Counted from the stretch's first letter, positions 1 to 9,717 are shown. The stretch: 64,000 nt of DNA from an uncultured Chloroflexia bacterium (GCA_963703345.1 OY969814.1:1472001-1536000); one strand, 5' to 3'. The notes: a model not told the origin generated them from the letters alone. Numbers and translations: made by a program.

Positions 1-216
1 ACGAAGGAGAAGAAACTCACCAACATCCGCTCGTCAACATCGGATATTGCGGTGCAACTGCTGCCGGTGCGGCGCATGTCGCTAGAGCAGGCGCTGGAGT
101 GGATCGCCGAGGACGAGATGCTGGAGGTAACGCCGAAGAGCTTGCGACTGCGAAAGCGGCTGCTCGCGGCAAGCGAGCGAGCAAGCGAGCGGGCGAGGGA
201 CGCGCGGCGGGACTAG
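1..216 (+). CDS. typA: Translational GTPase TypA/BipA, C-terminal end (partial at window edge)
   Basis: Frame 1 reads [50 protein letters not shown]; stop TAG at 214-216. Confidence 0.93.
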   Translation, partial: TKEKKLTNIRSSTSDIAVQLLPVRRMSLEQALEWIAEDEMLEVTPKSLRLRKRLLAASERASERARDARRD

Positions 217-266
217 GAAGTGCGGGCTCGTGTTACTATCCTGACGAAAGCAGAAGGAGGGACACG

Positions 267-347
267 ATGGGACGCAAGGATAAGGGCGGCAAGAAGGTCA
301 AGAAGCCAAAGCAGGAGAAGATCAAGAAGGCGCCGAACGCGAAGTAA
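267..347 (+). CDS. 26-aa lysine-rich small protein MGRKDKGGKKVKKPKQEKIKKAPNAK
   Basis: SD GAAGGAGG 6-7 nt before ATG267; extended -10 TGtTACTAT at 231-239; host-like codons (all Lys AAG). Confidence 0.7.
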   Translation: MGRKDKGGKKVKKPKQEKIKKAPNAK

Positions 348-486
348 GGCGATGTCGATATCCTGGACGACGCAGCTGACAAGACCGGTCGAGATGGAGC
401 CCGGGCGACATGCGGGAGCGGAGCCTGGCGGAAGATCCGGCGTCATCCTAGGTTTATCGGCTGCACTTGAGTCGGTTACTCCGTTT

Positions 487-531
487 CTTCCAAGCAGGAT
501 GTCGCGGGTTCGAATCCCGTCCCCCGCTCCA
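487..531 (+). other. 3' half of tRNA-Gly(TCC), att-like relic
   Basis: CTTCCAA anticodon loop, GCAGG, T-arm GCGGG-TTCGAAT-CCCGT and acceptor strand CCCCCGC-T-CCA; no recognisable 5' half or D-arm. Confidence 0.8.
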
Positions 532-672
532 CCGGCCTACCGCCGCCTACACCGGGGGCTGTTCGGCCACGGCGTGCACCAAAATGGACTGTGGTGCCGT
601 TCTTGGGGGCGAGACCGTCGCCGAAGCGCCGCCCAAACCGATGGAGCCGTAGGGACATTCCCTTGGTAGCGC

Positions 673-699
673 TCAACCCTTGGCGGAAAGTGCCGATGA
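673..699 (+). promoter_or_regulatory. sigma-28 (FliA/WhiG)-like promoter
   Basis: TCAA-N15-GCCGATGA, 40 nt before ATG739. Confidence 0.45.
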
Positions 700-738
700 T
701 CTCCTCAGACGGGAATCTTCGGTGCAGGAGGCACGGCA

Positions 739-1083
739 ATGAAAAAACCAGCCAAGCGAGAGCATGGAATCCACTACGCCCTCATTAGCAAGGCCAGCAA
801 ACCTTGCCCCAGTTGTGGCGGCGAAAAGGGCTGGCACAAACATGCTCACTGCGAAGGGCTCCGCGCACGCTGGGGCTCCTGTGTCGTAACTCATGAGGAC
901 GAGAAGCGCGGCGCCCGCCGCTGCCGCCTGCCGCTCGGCTGGGACGTAGGGCACCGCATGTCCTGGCGGGGAGGGCGCCTGCACTTCCATCAGTACACGG
1001 GCGACGGGCTCTACTGCGAGCATCACGCGCGCGAGCTGGCGACGCACTTGAACCTGCCGGACGAACAACACCACGTGGCTTAG
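739..1083 (+). CDS. Hypothetical Cys/His-rich protein (114 aa), possibly Zn-binding
   Basis: SD AGGAGG before the ATG; CPSC, HAHC and CEHH motifs. Confidence 0.6.
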   Translation: MKKPAKREHGIHYALISKASKPCPSCGGEKGWHKHAHCEGLRARWGSCVVTHEDEKRGARRCRLPLGWDVGHRMSWRGGRLHFHQYTGDGLYCEHHARELATHLNLPDEQHHVA

Positions 1084-1174
1084 GTCCGATGGTGGCCCTC
1101 GCTGAGGTCTGCGCGGATATGAACGGGGGCCCGACACGCGTAGAGCCCCTTTTGATGCCAACCGTCCAGCCTCT

Positions 1175-2701
1175 CTAGGACCCTGGGACTCCTTCGTACA
1201 TTAGATCGGTGTCGCCGGGATAGTCGCCCGCGATCACGTCTCCCAGGGCAACGATCGGCTTGTCCGAATCGATTACCATCGAGCCGGTGAAAGACGCCGG
1301 CAGATTGTTTTCCCACGCCTGGAGAAGCTTCGCCGTCCCGTTCACCTTCATCTTGTAGGAGTATTGCCCTCCCGGCAGGTCGCCGCTGACGTAGCGAATT
1401 GTCAGATTCGCAGCGCCGCCGTCGGCCGTCGCCACCTGCACCCATGAGGTCAGACCGGCGCGGCTGGCCCCGTCCGGCGAGTTCTTGTCGACGAGCGGCA
1501 GGTAGACGCGCTTGCCCGCCGTGTCGGTGCGCAGGCCGCGATAGCTGGTATAGACATCGCCGCGGTTCGACGAGCGCGACACGACGACGCCGACCGGCCG
1601 GTTCGACGTTATCAGCGCCGTGCCGTCGTGGAAGTTCTGCGGCAGCGTGTCGCCGGGAGCCAGGCAGTTGGCGACGTCGCTGTCCTGGAAGCACTGCCGC
1701 GACGCCTGGACGAGGAAGCTGCTGCTCTTGCTCACCGGCTGGTTGTTCCCGTCCAGGCCGTCGATCTTGACAGTAACCGTCGCCGCCTGGGCCGGATCGC
1801 TGTTCATTACCTCGAAGTCCGTGCTCCACTCGCCGCCGGCGGTGCGCTCGATGATCGGCAACAGGATCGAAGTGCCCATATCGTTGCTCGTGAAGCCGCT
1901 GTAGCCGGCGAACTGGTGTGTGTCGACGTTGAACGTGTTGGCCGTCGCGACGACGAACTGCTGCGACGGGGGCACGCCCTGCGCGTTAGGGTAGAGGTCG
2001 ACGCGCACGGAGCCCGCGAAGTTGTTATCAACGCCCATCGTTTGGTACGAGCGGAAAAGCGTCGCGCCCGCCTGGATGGGGGTGCCGCCCTGCGGACAAC
2101 CGTCCTGGGGCGTGAAGCCGCCGACCTGCGGGTTGAACGGGTCCCAGTGGACCGCCGAATCGCTGTAGTTGCTCGTGTAGACGAGCGTCGCACAGGCGAT
2201 CGTGCCGCCCATGTTCTGAACGGCGAAGCGGGAGTTCCAGGCCTGCGCCGGGCCGTCCTTTTTGATCACCAGCGGCAGGTAGAGCTTGCCTGAGCCTGCG
2301 TTCACCGCTACTGTGTCGCCGGCCGTCTGGTAGAAGCCATCGCCGGCATCGACGTCGCTTGCCAGGAGGACGGCGATCGGCTGGTCGCTCGTGACAACCG
2401 CTGAACCGATAAAGCCCGTAGGAAGAGTGCCGCTGCGTCCCTCAATGAACGTCCAGCCGCCGCCCGGCGGGATGGCTGGACAGGTCCCCGGGCATGATTC
2501 GCTGGCGACGACGTTGCCCTGCGCGCCCAGATACCTTATCTCGACGTTCGCGGCCGCGCTGCCCATATTCTGGATGCGAATCCAGGAGTTCTCGGTGTGC
2601 AGCGTGTAGCAGGACGATTGAAGGAGAATCAGGATTGCGGCCAGCGGTAGCAGGAAGATCGTTCGGTGATGTCGTCCGCGGACGAGAACTGAAGCTCGCA
2701 T
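1175..2701 (-). CDS. Secreted or lipoprotein surface protein with about 4 internal beta-rich repeats
   Basis: SD GGAGGG before ATG2701; hydrophobic signal with lipobox-like LQSSC; repeated (I/V)QN.G and (L/V)YLPLV.K motifs. Confidence 0.8.
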   Translation of the reverse strand: MRASVLVRGRHHRTIFLLPLAAILILLQSSCYTLHTENSWIRIQNMGSAAANVEIRYLGAQGNVVASESCPGTCPAIPPGGGWTFIEGRSGTLPTGFIGSAVVTSDQPIAVLLASDVDAGDGFYQTAGDTVAVNAGSGKLYLPLVIKKDGPAQAWNSRFAVQNMGGTIACATLVYTSNYSDSAVHWDPFNPQVGGFTPQDGCPQGGTPIQAGATLFRSYQTMGVDNNFAGSVRVDLYPNAQGVPPSQQFVVATANTFNVDTHQFAGYSGFTSNDMGTSILLPIIERTAGGEWSTDFEVMNSDPAQAATVTVKIDGLDGNNQPVSKSSSFLVQASRQCFQDSDVANCLAPGDTLPQNFHDGTALITSNRPVGVVVSRSSNRGDVYTSYRGLRTDTAGKRVYLPLVDKNSPDGASRAGLTSWVQVATADGGAANLTIRYVSGDLPGGQYSYKMKVNGTAKLLQAWENNLPASFTGSMVIDSDKPIVALGDVIAGDYPGDTDLMYEGVPGS

Positions 2702-2830
2702 GTCATCCCTCCACCCTCGAAGCCCGTCCGTGTGATGATAAGCAAAGGGCCTTCCGCCCGTCAAGCGAAGGAGCGCAATCGTCGACAGAGAATATGGCAT
2801 CCGCGTCGCTTCACGCTTATACTTCGGTTG

Positions 2831-4453
2831 ATGCTCGCTGAAGCCACGACCTCACGCCAACGAATGCCGCTGCTTCGGGCTGTCGCCGCCGTTCGCCTCT
2901 GGTTCCGGCGATACCGCCTCGTATGCGGCGCCTTCCTGGTCGTCCTCCTGCTTGGCCTGCCAACGCTCATCGTGCCCTTCTTTACCGATGCGGCCGACTT
3001 TGCCCTCGGCGCCCGCACGATACTCTCCGGCGGCGTGCTGTATCGCGACTTCTGGGAGGTGAAGTCGCCGGCCATCTACTTCGTCTACGCGTTCGCCTTC
3101 GTTCCGCTCGGCCAGCACATGGTCAGCGTCCGCATCCTCGACCTCGCCAACACCGGACTCGCCATGGGCGTCGTCTATCTGCTTGGCCGGCGCTTCTTCG
3201 GTGAGCGGGCGGGCATTCTTGCCGGCTGTCTCTATGGCGTGACGTATCTGACGCGCGCCGGCTTCGAGGGGCTGGGCGAAGTGGAGAGCTTTCTGGCGCT
3301 GCCGGTCGTCCTGTCCATTCTGTTCTATCGCCCAAATTCCGAGCGCGGCGTCAATGCCGGCGCATTCCTCTCCGGCGTCCTGCTTGGCCTGGCGTTCAGC
3401 ATCAAGTTGTCCGCCCTCTTCTTCGTCCTGGCCCTTCCGGCCGTGGAGGTCATGTTCGCAGAGAGGCCGCTTCGGATTGCACCCGCGCTGAAGCGCCTGT
3501 CGATTGCCGCGACCGGTTTTCTGGTGATACCCGCCGTCTTTGTCGTCTACCTGGCGGCGGGAGGCGCCCTCCGCGACTTCATCGACATCCAGCGACTGCA
3601 CGTCTGGCCCTACACGTCACTTCGCTGGTCGCCGCCGGGCGAATCCTACCTCCACTTCCTGGCCCGCGCTACCCATGACTATATGCTGCACAACCTGTTC
3701 CTCGTCGTGCCTGCTGCCGGCGCCCTCTTCGTTGCGCTGGCGGGCTCGCGACGCAAAGAGACCGCACTCGTCGCCATCCTGGCGATTGCGTCGCTGGCCG
3801 GCGTCTGGAGCCAGGGCAAATTCTTCGCCTACCACTATCTGGCGATGATCTTTCCGCTGGCGCTTCTCGCCGGCTTTGCAATCGACAGAGTCGTCGCTTA
3901 TGTGAGTGGACCTGGCTTCCCTGCTCAGCGATGGGCCGCCTATGGGCTGGCGGGCGCTTTCCTCGTCCTGCTCACGCCGAGCCTGCTCTCCAACCCCTAC
4001 GAACAGTACCGTCAGTTCCTGGGCTATGCGACGGGCAGGGTGACGCGGGAGGACAACGAGGGCCAGTGGGGGCCGTTTTTCCGTCTCGATCGTGAGGTGC
4101 TGGACTATGTGAGGGCGAACGGCGACGGCGACACGAGCCTCTTCATCTGGGGGAATTGGCCCGTCATCTACTGGTGGGCCGACCAGCCGTTGGTCAGCAG
4201 GTTCATCTTTGAAACGCCACTCTCTGCGACTTGGGCCCCCGAGGCGTGGCGAAGCGAGCTCGTCGACGATCTCCAGACGCAGCAACCCCACTTCATCGCC
4301 GTCGCGGCCAGTGCCCCCCAGCCGTGGCTAACCGGCACGAACGAGACCACGGTCGAGGCGCTCGCGGCTTATCCCGGGTTGAGCGACCTTCTGGCGCAAA
4401 GCTACGAGGCGAGGTGGGCGAACGACCTCTTTCGCGTTTACGTGCGGAAATGA
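2831..4453 (+). CDS. GT-C fold membrane glycosyltransferase (ArnT/PMT-like, GT39/83)
   Basis: Multi-TM protein; LYRDFWEVKSPAIY and YHYLAM motifs; ATG2831 lies 7 nt after TATACT (ORF track start 2732). Confidence 0.8.
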   Translation: MLAEATTSRQRMPLLRAVAAVRLWFRRYRLVCGAFLVVLLLGLPTLIVPFFTDAADFALGARTILSGGVLYRDFWEVKSPAIYFVYAFAFVPLGQHMVSVRILDLANTGLAMGVVYLLGRRFFGERAGILAGCLYGVTYLTRAGFEGLGEVESFLALPVVLSILFYRPNSERGVNAGAFLSGVLLGLAFSIKLSALFFVLALPAVEVMFAERPLRIAPALKRLSIAATGFLVIPAVFVVYLAAGGALRDFIDIQRLHVWPYTSLRWSPPGESYLHFLARATHDYMLHNLFLVVPAAGALFVALAGSRRKETALVAILAIASLAGVWSQGKFFAYHYLAMIFPLALLAGFAIDRVVAYVSGPGFPAQRWAAYGLAGAFLVLLTPSLLSNPYEQYRQFLGYATGRVTREDNEGQWGPFFRLDREVLDYVRANGDGDTSLFIWGNWPVIYWWADQPLVSRFIFETPLSATWAPEAWRSELVDDLQTQQPHFIAVAASAPQPWLTGTNETTVEALAAYPGLSDLLAQSYEARWANDLFRVYVRK

Positions 4454-4475
4454 GGCTGACGGTCTCCGGCGACGC

Positions 4476-5303
4476 TCAGGCTCGGGCGCGGTAGCCCGTC
4501 CCCTGCGCCGAGACGTCCATTCCCGCCGTAAGAATGCGCTCCGCTGGCAGTGGACGCTCTTTCGTCTCGCGGAGGTCTATCGTCTTCAGATAGCGACGGC
4601 AGCGTTCGCAGACAGCCAGGCGGTGGACCTTGTCGTCGCTGGGGAAGAAGGCCAGCTCCTTCGGGTCGTCGTTGCCGCAGAACGGGCAGCCCAGGCGGCG
4701 AAACGCCCATTCCGCGTCGCAGCGCGAGCAGAGCAATCGCCTGCGGCCGCCGCTTCTCTCCAGCGCAGCCATGTCGGGCTCGCCGCCGCAGATCGGGCAA
4801 TAGCCGCGATACCAACTGCTCGCATCGACGAGGCGGCTGAGCGATTCGGCCCGTGCCCGCAGGAACGGGTACAGGGCGTTGTGCATGATAAACGCGAGCA
4901 GCGCGCCGTCTATGTTGCTGTTGCTCTCCGGCATGATTCCGCCGCTGAGATAAGCTACCGCCAGCGACTTCATGCGGTGCCGGCGACGGTGCAGCCAGGC
5001 GTGGATGTCGGCGAGCTGCTTGACGCGCTCCCGCCGGCACTCCGCAATCGCGAAGGCGATCTGCATAGCCAGGTCCGTCAGCTTGTCGGGGTCAACGTCC
5101 AACTCCTCGATCACGAGCAGCGGGTTACCGCGTTGCAGGCGGGTCCGCGCTTCCTCGGGCTTCGGAACGTCCGCTTCCATCGAGACCTGCACGCGCGATT
5201 GGATTTCCAGCAGCTTGCAGCACAGGTCGACGGTCTCCGCCAGCTCGGGGCGCTCCGCGGCTCCCTGTTCGAGGGCGGCCATGATTTCGCTGTAATCGTT
5301 CAT
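4476..5303 (-). CDS. fdhE: Formate dehydrogenase accessory protein FdhE
   Basis: CPICGGEP, R.L.CSRC..EW...RLGCPFCGN and CERCRRYLKTID motifs. Confidence 0.88.
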   Translation of the reverse strand: MNDYSEIMAALEQGAAERPELAETVDLCCKLLEIQSRVQVSMEADVPKPEEARTRLQRGNPLLVIEELDVDPDKLTDLAMQIAFAIAECRRERVKQLADIHAWLHRRRHRMKSLAVAYLSGGIMPESNSNIDGALLAFIMHNALYPFLRARAESLSRLVDASSWYRGYCPICGGEPDMAALERSGGRRRLLCSRCDAEWAFRRLGCPFCGNDDPKELAFFPSDDKVHRLAVCERCRRYLKTIDLRETKERPLPAERILTAGMDVSAQGTGYRARA

Positions 5304-5333
5304 CTCAGGTTCCAGTCTAGATGCTTTCGCGGC

Positions 5334-5366
5334 AAAAGAAAAAGGCGACCCTCGCGAGCCGCCTTT
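5334..5366 (-). terminator. Rho-independent terminator
   Basis: AAAGGCGGC..GTCGCCTTT stem followed by TTCTTTT on the minus strand. Confidence 0.7.
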
Positions 5367-5387
5367 GCCTCTCCCATACGTTCACTC

Positions 5388-5894
5388 TTAGCTTGAGCCG
5401 GCTGCCCCGTCGTGGGGCGCCTGGCCGAACAGCGGCAGGTACTTCGCCGCGACGTAGAATACCAGCGCCAGGCCGGCCCACAGCCCGAACGTGAAGCCGA
5501 ACTCCAGCGGGTGCGGGATGTACGTCGGCGATCCCGGCGGCCTGGCCCAGGAGATGATGCTGACGTCGACGCGGTTCAGCATCAGCCCCAGCACGACCAT
5601 CAGGGCCGCCGTGAAGCGCAGCGCTGCGTTCTCCCGCGCGCCTTTCGAGAGGAGCAGCAGCATCGGGATGATGATGCCCACGGACACCTCGAGCCAGTAG
5701 ACGGCGCTGCTCCGCGTCCCCTCAAACAGAAGGCCCAGCTCACGCGCGCCGGCCAGGTCGGCGACCTTGGCGACGAGGTAGATCCCCAGCAAGAAGGGAA
5801 GCGCCTTCGCCAGCGTAGCCATCGCCTCGCCGTCCGGCTTGCGGCCCAGCGCCTTCGACGTCGAGCGCAATCGCGATGGAAGCTGGAGCCTCAC
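5388..5894 (-). pseudogene. 5'-truncated NrfD/HybB-family membrane anchor subunit (C-terminal part)
   Basis: SKALGRKP..LAKA..YL.AK..DL, GL.LNR.DV and TYIPHP.E motifs match the NrfD C-half; in-frame stop just upstream, N-half absent. Confidence 0.7.
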
Positions 5895-5994
5895 CGACGC
5901 CAGCGATGTCGCCTACGACCTCTCCGGCAACTTGGGGCAACCTCCCTGGTAGCGATCCCGCTCGAACAGGGCGGTTGCCACACATGAGATGAGC

Positions 5995-6020
5995 AAGACC
6001 TGCGCAAGGACGCAGGTCTT
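5995..6020. terminator. Perfect 10-bp hairpin downstream of the HD-GYP gene
   Basis: AAGACCTGCG-caagga-CGCAGGTCTT. Confidence 0.5.
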
Positions 6021-6108
6021 CTCTTTACGCTATTGTCGATTGCCCGGGTGTGGTGGGATCGCGCGAAGGCGGCTAATCGGTGGAGTTGCGGCGGTGCTCG
6101 GCCGTCGT

Positions 6109-9100
6109 CTAGGCGGCCCTCATGAGAGCGGAGATGCCGCGCCGCTGGACCGAGGCTATGCGAGCGATCTCGCCGGACGCCACCGCCCGCTCGAACGCTT
6201 CGACGACTTCCGGCGAATACCGCGTGCCCTTCGTTGCCCGCAGCTCCCGCATGGCGCGGGCCGATGGCCAGGCGCCCTTATAAGGTCGCCGTGAGGTCAT
6301 GGCGTCGAAGCCGTCCGCCACTGCGACGATCATTGCAGCGAGGGGAATCTGATCGCCCGCCATGCGATCCGGGTAGCCCGTGCCGTCCCAGTTCTCATGA
6401 TGCCAGCGGGCGATCTGACGCGCCGTCTGGAACCAGGGATCGCGCGGCAGCAGCCTCTCTCCCCAGGCGGTGTGGCGTCGCATGATTTGCCATTCCTCTT
6501 CGGTGAGAGGCCCCGGCTTCGTCAATATTGCGTCCGGCACGCGCGTCTTGCCAAGGTCATGCAGCAAAGCCGCAAGTCCTATCTCCTTGGCGACCTCCGC
6601 GCCCAAGCCCATCTGCAGGGCGATCGCCTCCGAGTAGCCGCGTATTCGGAAGAGGTGATGTTCAGTGTACGGATCACGGGCCTCGGCAGCGAGCGCCAGG
6701 AGGAGCGTCGTCTTCTCGTAGGCATCTTGCCGCTCCCGCTCCAGGTTCGTATGCTCGGTTATGTCTTCCAGCGTGCCCACAAGCCCCGTCCGCTCGCCTT
6801 CGCCTGACAGGATGGACGTGACGTGCACGCGGGCCCATCGCGTTTCGCCGGATGCGGTCGTGATGCGAAACTCGTGCGAGAGCTCGTAGACCGGCTGACG
6901 GGCGGCCTCCTCATGCTTCTGCCAGGTCGCCTCCCGGTCTTCTGAGTGCACGATTGCGTTCAGCGCGTCCGTGACATCCTCCGGAATGCTTCCAACAATC
7001 GCCTGGAGGCACTCGTTGACATAAGTAACCCTATCTTCGGCGTCCACGAGGAAGATGCCGACGGGCGCGGAGGCGCTCAGCGACCGGAATCTTTCCTCGC
7101 TCTGCCGCAACGCCTGCTGGGCCTGGCGGCGCTCGGTAATATCCTCAATCGTGCCGACAAGGCCGGCAAAGCGCCCGTCTTTGGAGCGGAGATAAGTCGC
7201 GCGCGCGTACACCCAGCGCGTGACGCCGTAAGGCGTCAGAAGGCGCAGCTCTTGCGAGAACTCGCTTCGTTCCTTGATAGAGTTGATCATTCTGGTGATC
7301 ACATCGTCACGGTCGTCGGGATGGACCACTGCGAACCAGTTGGCATCGGGGTTCTCGATAAAGGAGAAGCCGGCGATTTCGGTGAAGCGTTCGTTTACAA
7401 ACGTCACCCTGCCCATAGGGTCGGACTGGAAGATACCGATGGGCGCCGAGGCGCCGAGAGAGCGGAACTTCTCCTCGCTCTGTCGCAGCGCATCTTCCGC
7501 CAGCTTACGAACAGTTATGTCCTCCAGTGTGCCGACGCGGGCGCCCTGGTTGCCGATGGGCGTCGACCGGGCGCTCACCCAGCGCGTCTCTCCGGCCGGC
7601 GTGACGATTCGAAAGTCCTCCGCAAACTCGTGACCCTCAGCGTTCGCGGCCCTCTTCGCTTCGATGACGCGCTCGCGGTCGTCGGGATGAATTACTCTCA
7701 GCCAGCCCAGGCCCAAGGACTCCTCGGTGGTTAGGCCGCAGATGGCGAGCATGCGCTCATTAACGTAGATGGTCCCCCCTTGCGCATCGGTCAAGAATAT
7801 GCCGACCGGCGCTGCGGCGCTGAGCGAACGGAATCGCTCTTCGCTCTCACGTAGCGCCTCTTCCGAGCGCAGACGCTCCGTAACGTCGCGCGCCATCCCA
7901 TGCGCAGCCGGCGGCCCGCCCGGCCTCTGTACCGCCGCGGCCAGCGTCTCGATTTCAATGCATGTCCCGTCCCTCCGGCGCAGCCTGAAGATCAGCGGCT
8001 CCGACTGCCGGCCTATTGTCTCAAGCTCCTCGACGAGCGCGGCAACGGGGCGAGAATAGTCCTCGGCCCAAAGGTCAGCGAAGTTCAGTTTCGCCATCTC
8101 CTCCCGGGAGTAGCCGAAGAGCTGCAAATACCTGTCGTTGGAGTCCAGGAAGCGGCCCTTGAAGTCGTAGAGATAGACCGCGTCCGGCGAGCGCTCGAAG
8201 AGCATGCGGTATCTCTCTTCGCTCTCGCGCAACGCCTGCTCCGCCCGCTTGCGCTCGATGAACGACGCCGTGCTCTCCGCTGCCAGCCGCACGAGTCTTA
8301 CGTCCTGATCGTGCCAGATGTGGGAGCCGCGCGTATCACCGAACGCCATGAAACCCGCCAGCTTGCCGTGGTTGCTGAACGGCACGGCGAGCAGCGAGCG
8401 TACCCGCATGTTCTGGAGCAGTTCCTTCTCGGCCGATGCCTCCGCCGGCAACTGGTGCAGGTCATGGAGGACGATGTCCTCGTTTCGCTCCAGCTTGCCC
8501 ACCCACCAGGCGTAAGTTGCCGTGTCGAGTCCCTGGAAGCGGTCTCTCGTAGGTCTCCTGCCGGGAACATTCCACTCATGTGTGTTGTCCAGCCGGCTGC
8601 CGTCTCTATTGAACATGAAGACGTAGGCGTGCTCGACGTCTACGGTCTCGCCGAGAATGCGCAGCGCCGCGATAAGCGCGCCGTTGACGCTGTTCGCCGT
8701 GGCCAGCACCGTCGATACCCGCGCCACCGCCGATTCCAGTCTTACCCGCTGCCGCATCTGGTCCGTTACGCCGTCCAGCCTCCCGACCATCTCGTTGAAA
8801 TCGCTGGCGAGCGAAGCCACCTCCGTCGGCCCCGAAACCTCGACGCGTGACTGCATGTCGCCTGACGCCACAGCTCGGACGCCGCGCTGGAGGGACGCAA
8901 GAGGCTTCACGACCGAACGAAGGAAGCTTGTGAGCACAGCAATCGCCAATAGGGCGCCGGCGGTGCCGATTATCGAAAGCAGCCAGAGATTCAGGTTCGC
9001 CTGGGAATTCGCGTTGGAAACGTCGGCGGAAACGGCCTCCTGCTCCGCCTGCGACACTTGAGCCAGGTTGGCGAGAAGGAGGTTAGCAACGGGCAGGAGC

Positions 9101-9564
9101 TTGGACATGTAATCGGCAACGGCTGTTTGCGAATCGCCCTGAGGCGCATATGAGTTTATCATCTCGCTTACCTGGCCCGCGTATTCTTGGGCGCGGTCCA
9201 TGTCGCTGATGAGGTAGGCGTCTCCTTCCGCCTGAATGTTATTCCGGGCCATCTGAAGGAAAGCCTGCCCTTGAGCGACGGCGTTATAGTAGGAATCGTT
9301 GAGGGGGTGGGGGTTGTTTGTGAGCACCGAAGTGGCGAAGAACATGCCGGCGGAGAAGAACTGAGCCCGCGCTTCCTCGAGATCGAGAACTGTGGTGGTC
9401 TTCTGTTCGAGGGCCTTGTGAGTCTTGCGGTCCGCGTTCATCCGGCTGATGCCCAACAGGGCAACGGCGGCAAGCAAGGCAAGCAAAACAAAGCTGGCCA
9501 GTAGCGAGCGCCCCTTAATAGTGCCGAACGCGCACCTTCCAAACCACCTGGAGAATTTTGCCAT
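6109..9564 (-). CDS. Membrane sensor: HAMP, GAF, 4x PAS and HD-GYP c-di-GMP phosphodiesterase
   Basis: Two TM segments and HAMP; SEE(R/K)FRSL..AP.GIF PAS repeats; HDLGK and HHENWDGTGYP. Confidence 0.9.
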   Translation of the reverse strand: MAKFSRWFGRCAFGTIKGRSLLASFVLLALLAAVALLGISRMNADRKTHKALEQKTTTVLDLEEARAQFFSAGMFFATSVLTNNPHPLNDSYYNAVAQGQAFLQMARNNIQAEGDAYLISDMDRAQEYAGQVSEMINSYAPQGDSQTAVADYMSKLLPVANLLLANLAQVSQAEQEAVSADVSNANSQANLNLWLLSIIGTAGALLAIAVLTSFLRSVVKPLASLQRGVRAVASGDMQSRVEVSGPTEVASLASDFNEMVGRLDGVTDQMRQRVRLESAVARVSTVLATANSVNGALIAALRILGETVDVEHAYVFMFNRDGSRLDNTHEWNVPGRRPTRDRFQGLDTATYAWWVGKLERNEDIVLHDLHQLPAEASAEKELLQNMRVRSLLAVPFSNHGKLAGFMAFGDTRGSHIWHDQDVRLVRLAAESTASFIERKRAEQALRESEERYRMLFERSPDAVYLYDFKGRFLDSNDRYLQLFGYSREEMAKLNFADLWAEDYSRPVAALVEELETIGRQSEPLIFRLRRRDGTCIEIETLAAAVQRPGGPPAAHGMARDVTERLRSEEALRESEERFRSLSAAAPVGIFLTDAQGGTIYVNERMLAICGLTTEESLGLGWLRVIHPDDRERVIEAKRAANAEGHEFAEDFRIVTPAGETRWVSARSTPIGNQGARVGTLEDITVRKLAEDALRQSEEKFRSLGASAPIGIFQSDPMGRVTFVNERFTEIAGFSFIENPDANWFAVVHPDDRDDVITRMINSIKERSEFSQELRLLTPYGVTRWVYARATYLRSKDGRFAGLVGTIEDITERRQAQQALRQSEERFRSLSASAPVGIFLVDAEDRVTYVNECLQAIVGSIPEDVTDALNAIVHSEDREATWQKHEEAARQPVYELSHEFRITTASGETRWARVHVTSILSGEGERTGLVGTLEDITEHTNLERERQDAYEKTTLLLALAAEARDPYTEHHLFRIRGYSEAIALQMGLGAEVAKEIGLAALLHDLGKTRVPDAILTKPGPLTEEEWQIMRRHTAWGERLLPRDPWFQTARQIARWHHENWDGTGYPDRMAGDQIPLAAMIVAVADGFDAMTSRRPYKGAWPSARAMRELRATKGTRYSPEVVEAFERAVASGEIARIASVQRRGISALMRAA

Positions 9565-9717
9565 ACGCGCCTAGATCGCTATCCAAACGTAGCGGTTAAC
9601 AGTTCCCCTCGAAGGATTGTCGGACTTGCAATCTCCCTTCGGTAGACGTGCCGAGGGCAATCGTCCGCCGCGAAGGGTGGACGGGCTGTGGAACAGGGGT
9701 ACGAAGTACTCGCGGAG

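Noticed and set aside
412-486. GCGGGAG as a possible 5' half of a split or intron-containing tRNA-Gly
   Set aside because: It mismatches the acceptor 3' strand, and no D-arm or anticodon 5' strand follows
9600-9700. Two hairpins upstream of the HD-GYP gene as a possible c-di-GMP riboswitch
   Set aside because: No c-di-GMP-I or -II consensus nucleotides recognised
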